Shown: positions 57,533-64,000 of the stretch, one piece after another
Numbering within the stretch: position 1 is the stretch's first letter
Layout: every line of letters starts with the position of its first letter
Source of the DNA: Thermodesulfobacteriota bacterium
GTDB taxonomy: Bacteria; Desulfobacterota_D; UBA1144; Nemesobacterales; UBA2774
Length of the DNA stretch: 64,000 bases
Assembly: GCA_965223335.1 (NCBI GenBank)
Contig: OZ244991.1
Span: 1,248,001 to 1,312,000, forward strand
Reading direction: 5' to 3'
The notes under the pieces: generated by a model
Databases searched by the model: none
Told to the model about the DNA's origin: nothing
Seen by the model: only the letters and a program-made list of their open reading frames with translations
Program-made: the position numbers and the translations under genes

Positions 57533-59445
57533 CAAAGAGGAACAAAAGCTCAAAACGCATCTCGTTGGCAAGGGATCTGGATAGGCCCCGCTGGAAGGTC
57601 TATTTCCTGGGGTTTTTGATAATCACACTCTTCGGGATGGTCTCGTATAAAGCCTTTGAGCTTCAGGTGCTCGATAGAGAACGTGCGTTTAAGATTGCAA
57701 AAAGGCAGCATAACGGCACCACGACGCTGCTGCCCAGACGCGGCTCGGTACTCGATAGAAACATGAGGGAGCTTGCGGTTAATGTAGAGGTTAAATCTGT
57801 TTATGCAAACCCAAACGGCATAAGTGATCCCGGAGCGGTGGCGAAGTTGTTAGCCAAGCCGCTTGGGATGACGGAAAAAGAGTTAATCAACAAACTTGTG
57901 TCCAAGAAATCGTTTGTCTGGATTAAAAGGCTCATCGATCCCTCGGTAGCCCAAACCGTGAAGGAACTAAATCTAAAGGGCATAGGCTTGGTGCAAGAGC
58001 CGAAACGTGTTTATCCAAACGGCACCCTCATGGGTCAGGTGCTTGGGTTTACCAATATAGACTCAAAAGGGATCGAGGGTTTGGAGTTCCATCTAGACAG
58101 TCTGCTGATCGGCAAACCACAGAGTATTACTCTTAAACGTGATGCGAGGGGCCGCAGGATTGTACATATCCCAGATCAGCTAAACGGCGACACCTCGGGC
58201 CACGATGTAGTGCTAACGATCGACTCACAGATACAGCACATCGTCGAGCGCGAGCTTAAAGACGGCATCCAAAAAGTATCGGGCGAAAAAGGCATTGCCA
58301 TTCTTACAAACCCAGAGACCGGTGAGATATTGGCATTGGCATCATACCCTGCACTTGATCCGAACAAGTATCGTAAATACCCCTCTGCCAACAAGAGGAA
58401 TCTGCCGATTTGGTACTCGTACGAGCCCGGGTCTACTATGAAGATGTTCCTAGCGGCCTCGGCACTTGAGGAGAAAAAAGCAAACAGGAACACAACTTTT
58501 GACTGCGAACACGGCAGGAGAAGAATCGGCTCTTCCGTAATTAAAGATGTAAAACCACACGGCACGCTTACACTTGCCGATGTTATAAAGTACTCGAGCA
58601 ACATAGGCGCTTCTAAAGTCGGTGAACTGCTAGGCAAACAAACTTATCACCGCTATCTTACCGATTTTGGTTTTGGGGAGAAAATGGGGATTGACCTGCC
58701 CGGCGAGTCCTCGGGTAAGGTTCTGGACCCGAAAAAATGGGGTAAGGTCGAGCTTGCAACCATCTCATTCGGTCAAGGTGTATCAGTAACGGCTCTCCAG
58801 CTCGTCACTGCACTGTCGGCAATTGCAAACGGGGGTTATCTGATGAAGCCCTACGTCGTTAAACAGATCATAGGTTCAAACGGCGGTGTGATAAAGGAGA
58901 ACAAACCCGAAACTATAAGACGTGTGATATCGTACGACACGGCAAAAGAAGTGACAAAAATGCTAGAATCCGTAGTGGAGAGCGGCACGGGTAAAAAGGC
59001 TCAGGTTGCCGGTTATCATGTGGCTGGGAAAACCGGTACTGCCCAGGTCCCAAACCCCAAAACCGGTAAGTACTACAAAGACAAATACATCGCGTCGTTC
59101 GCGGGGTTTGCCCCAGCGGAGGACCCAAAGGTCTCGCTCGTTGTAATAGTCGAAGCCCCTAAGACTCTCACACACGGGGGATCGGTAGCAGGCCCCATTT
59201 TTAAACACATCGCTGAGAAGGTGTTGTTTCACATGGGTGTCGAGTCCAACAAGGAATTCGTAGGGGTAAAGGTAATGCCGGATCTAAGCGGGATGAGCGC
59301 GAGAGAGATTTTGATATGGTCGGAGAAAGAGGGGATCAAGGTAAAGCTTAAGGGCAGCGGGTTCGTTAAGAACCAAGAGCCCGGTCCAGGTGAACTAATT
59401 CAGGAGGGTAGTACGTGCTCAATCGAGCTCGAACAGACGATATGA
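57529..59445 (+). CDS. ftsI: Peptidoglycan transpeptidase FtsI (PBP3) with PASTA domain
   Basis: RG.VLDRN, EPGSTMK (SxxK), SSN, GKTGTAQ, C-terminal MPDLSG PASTA. Confidence 0.94.
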   Translation: MTKRNKSSKRISLARDLDRPRWKVYFLGFLIITLFGMVSYKAFELQVLDRERAFKIAKRQHNGTTTLLPRRGSVLDRNMRELAVNVEVKSVYANPNGISDPGAVAKLLAKPLGMTEKELINKLVSKKSFVWIKRLIDPSVAQTVKELNLKGIGLVQEPKRVYPNGTLMGQVLGFTNIDSKGIEGLEFHLDSLLIGKPQSITLKRDARGRRIVHIPDQLNGDTSGHDVVLTIDSQIQHIVERELKDGIQKVSGEKGIAILTNPETGEILALASYPALDPNKYRKYPSANKRNLPIWYSYEPGSTMKMFLAASALEEKKANRNTTFDCEHGRRRIGSSVIKDVKPHGTLTLADVIKYSSNIGASKVGELLGKQTYHRYLTDFGFGEKMGIDLPGESSGKVLDPKKWGKVELATISFGQGVSVTALQLVTALSAIANGGYLMKPYVVKQIIGSNGGVIKENKPETIRRVISYDTAKEVTKMLESVVESGTGKKAQVAGYHVAGKTGTAQVPNPKTGKYYKDKYIASFAGFAPAEDPKVSLVVIVEAPKTLTHGGSVAGPIFKHIAEKVLFHMGVESNKEFVGVKVMPDLSGMSAREILIWSEKEGIKVKLKGSGFVKNQEPGPGELIQEGSTCSIELEQTI

Positions 59446-60932
59446 TATTGGAGGATCTGCTGCGCGGGATCAATGTCCGCCGAGTGCTCGGGCCCCGTGA
59501 TGCGGAAATTGACGGTATATCGATCGATTCCAAAAGCGTTACGAAAGGAGACCTTTTTGTTGCAATAAAAGGTGCGAAATCTGACGGCCATAACTACATA
59601 GACTCAGCAATTAGCAAAGGGGCGAGTGCTGTGCTTGTCGAGGATGTACCCGATCAATTGAACAAGGGCATACCCGTAATTGAGGTAGCGGATACAAGGA
59701 TGGGGCTCGCAGATATATCTGCCAACTTTTATAACCACCCTACCAAAGATCTTGTGCTGGTCGGTATTACCGGCACAAACGGTAAAACCACTGTTACCTA
59801 TCTGCTCGAGTCTATTTGGGCGTACGAAGGTCTTAGCCCCGGTGTGGTGGGCACGATTGATTACAGATATAAAGGCAAGACCACCGCATCGAACATGACC
59901 ACACCCGAATCGCACGATCTTATGGAGACTCTGAGCACTATGAGGCATAGTGGGGTGAGCCACGTCGCAATGGAGGTGTCTTCACACGCGCTCGATAAGG
60001 ACAGGGTAAGGGGATGTGAGTTCGATGTAGCAGTTTATACAAATCTGAGTCAGGACCATCTGGATTATCACAAATCAATAGAAGACTATTTCGATGCGAA
60101 GAAAAAGCTTTTTACCGAAGTACTACCACAAAGCAGTAAGAGCATGCTCTGTTCTGTAATAAATCTAGACGATGAGTATGGCGAGCGTTTATCGAAAGAG
60201 GCCCGGGGCGAGATAGTGCTCTATTCAGTCGAAAACAGTAATGCAAATTTTTATGCCAAAAAAATTAACATAAGCGAGAAAGGTATATCGGCCATCATTA
60301 AGACCCCGGGGGATAACATCACAATCAATAGCGGGCTCCTGGGCAAACACAACCTATCCAACATCCTGGCTGCAGTGGCCACGGCCTATTCACTTGGGGT
60401 ATCGAGTGACACTATAGAGAAAGGGATTAATGAGCTTAAGTCCGTGCCAGGAAGGTTAGAGGCAATACAAAACCCCTTTGGGTTTACGATTCTGGTGGAC
60501 TATGCACACACGCCCGATGCATTGTCTAACGTGCTACGCGCGCTGCGTTCATTTACCAAGGGCAGAATCGTCACCGTATTCGGCTGCGGTGGGGACAGAG
60601 ACAAGACCAAGAGACCGCTTATGGGAGAGATAGGACGCGAGCTCTCGGACCTGTTGATCGTTACCTCGGACAACCCGCGCACAGAAGACCCAGAGAAAAT
60701 TATAGACGACATTGAAAAAGGAGTGTTCGGTGTAGACGACAGCAAAGAGAACTATTACAGGATCTCTGACCGAAGGTCCTCGATTAAAAAAGCATTGGAC
60801 ATTGCCAGAGAGCACGACACCGTGCTCATAGCGGGTAAGGGGCACGAGGATTACCAGATAGTGGGCACTACGAAGCATTCATTTGATGACAGGGAAGTTG
60901 CAAGAGAGATTTTAAGAGAAAAGTTAAATTAA
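59442..60932 (+). CDS. murE: UDP-MurNAc-tripeptide ligase MurE (meso-DAP type)
   Basis: GITGTNGKTT, MEVSSH, DHLDYH, DYAHTPD, DNPR, AGKGHE. ATG 59442 overlaps the ftsI stop. Confidence 0.96.
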   Translation: MILEDLLRGINVRRVLGPRDAEIDGISIDSKSVTKGDLFVAIKGAKSDGHNYIDSAISKGASAVLVEDVPDQLNKGIPVIEVADTRMGLADISANFYNHPTKDLVLVGITGTNGKTTVTYLLESIWAYEGLSPGVVGTIDYRYKGKTTASNMTTPESHDLMETLSTMRHSGVSHVAMEVSSHALDKDRVRGCEFDVAVYTNLSQDHLDYHKSIEDYFDAKKKLFTEVLPQSSKSMLCSVINLDDEYGERLSKEARGEIVLYSVENSNANFYAKKINISEKGISAIIKTPGDNITINSGLLGKHNLSNILAAVATAYSLGVSSDTIEKGINELKSVPGRLEAIQNPFGFTILVDYAHTPDALSNVLRALRSFTKGRIVTVFGCGGDRDKTKRPLMGEIGRELSDLLIVTSDNPRTEDPEKIIDDIEKGVFGVDDSKENYYRISDRRSSIKKALDIAREHDTVLIAGKGHEDYQIVGTTKHSFDDREVAREILREKLN

Positions 60933-60939
60933 ATTCAGT

Positions 60940-62310
60940 GTGATTATGTTTACGGTGAGCGACGTGATAAAGGCTACGAATGGCGAGTTGTTATCGGGAT
61001 TAAAAGATAGATCCATTAAAGCTGTGTCTATAGATTCCAGAACTATAGGCGAGCAAGAGCTCTTCTTTGCGATACGGGGAGAAAACTTCGACGGCCATGA
61101 CTATCTGGAAGAGGTCTTTAGTCGAGGTGCTTCGGGAGCCATCGTTGAAAAAGAGCCGGGCACAGACCTCGGATCTAACACAGTTGTTAAAGTGCAGTCT
61201 ACACTGGGTGCGCTTGGGGACCTGGCATCGGCGTGGAGAAAGAGTTTCCCTCAATTGAAACTGGCTGCAATTACCGGATCAAACGGTAAAACGACTACTA
61301 AAGAGATGGCTTGGAGCATTCTGTCCATTTCAGAGCCTGTGTTAAAAAACAGCGGCAATTTCAACAACTTAATCGGCTTACCGCTAACACTATTGCAGTT
61401 AAAGCCCGAACACCAAAGTGCTGTGGTCGAGTTAGGGATGAACGACTTTGGCGAGATCGAACGTCTGGCGGAGATATGCGCACCCGATGTAGGGCTCATT
61501 ACAAATATAGGGAGTGCTCACCTCGAAAAGCTGGGCAGTGTGGACGGGGTGGCAAAGGCAAAAGGAGAGCTAGTCGAGAATTTTACCGATAACAATATTT
61601 TCGTTGTTAATATGGACGATGAAAGGGTGAGGACAATCGCCAGCTCAATTTCGTGTGAGAAGATTACATATGGGATTGAGTACAGCAACGCGCAGCTAAG
61701 GGCTACTGATATTAAATTTCATGGCACAGAGGAGATCGAGTTCGATCTCAATATCGATGGCAGAACCTATCCCGTAAAGATTAAGGGTATAGGCAGGCAC
61801 AATGTGATGAATGCGCTTGGGGCAAGCGGTATTGCGTTGGCATTTGGTTGTGGCGGTGAGGAAATAGCCCGGGGGCTTAGTAACTATAGACCAGTAGATA
61901 TGAGGCTCGAGGTACTACAGTCACGGACCGGTGCTAGTGTCATAAACGATTGCTATAATGCCAACCCCGACTCGATGCGTAATGCGATATCGGAGCTCAT
62001 GAGACTTAGAGGCGGAGGCGTGGCTATAGCGGTCCTAGGCGACATGCTTGAGCTCGGGGAGAGGAGCGAGCAGGCGCACCGGGAGCTTGGGGAATTTGCA
62101 TCCCACTCCGGTGTGGATTATCTGGTTGCGTACGGTAACTACGCAAGGAGTGTGATAGAGGGATTTGGTAAAAGCAAGCAGAGCTCGTTGGTAGAGACCC
62201 ACGGGGAAGCGGCAGAGATTGTATTGAGCATGGCTCAGGAAAATGATGTTGTACTGGTTAAAGGATCTAGGGGAATGAGGATGGAAGAAGTAGTGAACAG
62301 ACTGGTTTAG
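60940..62310 (+). CDS. murF: UDP-MurNAc-pentapeptide ligase MurF
   Basis: IDSR, ITGSNGKTTTKE, NN.IG.PLTL, DCYNANP.SM, GDMLELG, KGSRG. Confidence 0.96.
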   Translation: MIMFTVSDVIKATNGELLSGLKDRSIKAVSIDSRTIGEQELFFAIRGENFDGHDYLEEVFSRGASGAIVEKEPGTDLGSNTVVKVQSTLGALGDLASAWRKSFPQLKLAAITGSNGKTTTKEMAWSILSISEPVLKNSGNFNNLIGLPLTLLQLKPEHQSAVVELGMNDFGEIERLAEICAPDVGLITNIGSAHLEKLGSVDGVAKAKGELVENFTDNNIFVVNMDDERVRTIASSISCEKITYGIEYSNAQLRATDIKFHGTEEIEFDLNIDGRTYPVKIKGIGRHNVMNALGASGIALAFGCGGEEIARGLSNYRPVDMRLEVLQSRTGASVINDCYNANPDSMRNAISELMRLRGGGVAIAVLGDMLELGERSEQAHRELGEFASHSGVDYLVAYGNYARSVIEGFGKSKQSSLVETHGEAAEIVLSMAQENDVVLVKGSRGMRMEEVVNRLV

Positions 62311-62324
62311 GGAGTGGTGAATAG

Positions 62325-63434
62325 GTGTTACATCTCCTCTATTTATTAAAAGAGGATTTTATACTATTTAATGTATTTAGGTACATAACATTTCGCTCTA
62401 TAGGTGCTGGGGTCACTGCGTTTGTGATCTGTATCCTGCTTGGCGGGGTGTTTATTGATTTTCTCACACGGCGACAGCTCCAAGAGAATATTCGCGACGA
62501 CGGCCCCCCCTCGCACAAAACCAAGGCGGGCACACCGACTATGGGCGGGGCATTCGTAGTCGTAGCTATAGCGGTGGCGTCGCTGCTATGGGTAAACCTG
62601 ACTAGTGCCGTTATATGGGTGGTGCTCCTATTCACATGCACTTACGGAGTGATCGGGTTTAGGGACGACTGGCTTAAATACACCAGGGGCAAGGGGATGA
62701 GCGCCAGGCTAAAGTTCTCTCTACAGGTAGGTTCTGCGTTTGTCTTCATCTTATTACTGATTACAGCAATAGACGGGTTTACGATGTCTATCCGCGCAGA
62801 TGAGGTGCAGAACTATAGCTATACCTCGGTCATATTCCCGTTCTTCAAAAAGATAGCAATCAATATGGGTTGGCTGTACATACCGTTTGCAATAATAGTG
62901 GTTGTGGGGTCGTCAAACGCTGTAAATCTAACAGATGGGCTTGACGGACTTGCAATAGGTTCAATCGCAGTGGTAGCTGCTACCTATCTTATATTCGCAT
63001 ACTTGTCGGGGCATATTGAGTTCTCGAGATACCTACAGATTCCCTACATCCCCGGGGGTGGTGAGCTGGCAGTGTTTCTGGCAGCGGTAGGGGGGGCGTG
63101 TTTGGGCTTCCTTTGGTACAACTCTCACCCGGCTGAGGTCTTTATGGGCGATGTGGGCTCGCTTGCATTAGGTGCGGCCATAGGTTCCGTAGCACTTGTG
63201 ATTAAGCAGGAAATTCTATTGGTAGTGGTAGGTGGATTATTTGTGGCGGAGGCAATGTCGGTAATTATTCAGGTGATTTCTTACAAGCTAACGGGTAAGC
63301 GGGTTTTTAAAATGGCCCCGTTACATCATCACTTTGAGCTTAGCGGATGGTCAGAGTCAAAGATTGTGATCAGGTTTTGGATCATATCTTTGGTGCTGTC
63401 GTTGTTCGCATTATCGACATTAAAGCTCAGGTAG
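62325..63434 (+). CDS. mraY: Phospho-MurNAc-pentapeptide transferase
   Basis: KAGTPTMGG, NAVNLTDGLDGL, VFMGDVGS, MAPLHHHFE. Confidence 0.97.
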   Translation: MLHLLYLLKEDFILFNVFRYITFRSIGAGVTAFVICILLGGVFIDFLTRRQLQENIRDDGPPSHKTKAGTPTMGGAFVVVAIAVASLLWVNLTSAVIWVVLLFTCTYGVIGFRDDWLKYTRGKGMSARLKFSLQVGSAFVFILLLITAIDGFTMSIRADEVQNYSYTSVIFPFFKKIAINMGWLYIPFAIIVVVGSSNAVNLTDGLDGLAIGSIAVVAATYLIFAYLSGHIEFSRYLQIPYIPGGGELAVFLAAVGGACLGFLWYNSHPAEVFMGDVGSLALGAAIGSVALVIKQEILLVVVGGLFVAEAMSVIIQVISYKLTGKRVFKMAPLHHHFELSGWSESKIVIRFWIISLVLSLFALSTLKLR

Positions 63435-63440
63435 TGATAA

Positions 63441-64000
63441 ATGGAGATAAGTGGGCATAAGGTGTTAGTCGTAGGCGCGGGAAAAACAGGTTTAGAAGCT
63501 GCAAAGTTCTTAATGAACAAAGGAGCTCAAGTGACTATTAGCGATAGTGCACAGATGGATAGCCTCTCTCCCGAGATAAAAGCTCTGGGGAGCCGAGGTG
63601 TAAGAATCGAGGCCGGGGGACACGGGACTGATACATTCACCGGGGCTGATATGATAGTTGTAAGCCCGGGAGTGCCTCTAAGTATCCCGGTGCTAAAAGA
63701 GGCATCTCAGCACGGAGTGGAGATAATTAGCGAGATAGAGCTTGCCTCGAGGTTCATTGCTACGCCGATAATAGCGGTCACCGGTTCTAACGGTAAAACC
63801 ACCACGACTACTATGATTGCACGCATACTAGAGAGCGCCGGGCAAAGTGTTTTCCTTGGGGGCAATATCGGGACCCCGCCCATATCGATTGTTGAGAAGA
63901 GCGATGAATACGACTACCTAGTGCTCGAAGTAAGCAGCTTCCAGCTAGAGGCCACTGCACGATTTAAACCCCATATCGCACTGCTGCTTAATATTACGCC
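63441..64000 (+). CDS. murD: UDP-MurNAc-L-Ala:D-Glu ligase MurD (runs off the window end; absent from the ORF track)
   Basis: Translated by hand from ATG 63441: MEISGHKVLVVGAGKTG...VVSPGVP...AVTGSNGKTTTT...GGNIG...LEVSSFQL. Confidence 0.93.
   Translation, partial: MEISGHKVLVVGAGKTGLEAAKFLMNKGAQVTISDSAQMDSLSPEIKALGSRGVRIEAGGHGTDTFTGADMIVVSPGVPLSIPVLKEASQHGVEIISEIELASRFIATPIIAVTGSNGKTTTTTMIARILESAGQSVFLGGNIGTPPISIVEKSDEYDYLVLEVSSFQLEATARFKPHIALLLNIT

Noticed and set aside
1..64000. CRISPR arrays, tRNA/rRNA, IS elements, prophage or defence systems
   Set aside because: None recognised. Intergenic gaps are short and show no regular repeat-spacer pattern. A tRNAscan/Infernal run would be needed to exclude small RNAs formally.

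Overview
Gene-dense bacterial chromosomal window with no rRNA, tRNA, CRISPR array, integrase or transposase recognisable by eye. Gene content and order (serA-hisZ-purA, zinc-ribbon RDD protein, DUF4911-like gene next to murJ, PASTA-bearing FtsI) suggest a deltaproteobacterial-type lineage, possibly Candidatus Dadabacteria. That taxonomy is an unverified impression. Most of the window is housekeeping: purB (partial), gshA, an Rrf2-sufBCD-Rieske operon, lgt-trkA, ribF-aroE, dnaJ, phoH, serA-hisZ-purA, tatC, gcvT-H-P, recJ, aroQ, murJ and the start of the dcw cluster (mraZ-rsmH-ftsL-ftsI-murE-murF-mraY-murD). The most unusual items are: (1) an exported single-chain fusion of an acetolactate-decarboxylase domain and a cyclase/kynurenine-formamidase-type metal hydrolase (34975-36450); (2) a ~1020-aa lipoprotein joining a cytochrome P460-like domain to five further CxxCH hemes (50307-53381), convergent with a modular GH5-2xCBM2 endoglucanase that has a consensus sigma-54 promoter; (3) a DsbA-like protein with a tandemly duplicated DsbC-N-like module; (4) a secreted His/Lys-Tyr-acidic block protein; (5) an uncharacterised nitroreductase-like protein. 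Candidate operators are visible upstream of the Rrf2-suf operon and mraZ. All family calls come from motif recognition, not database searches.
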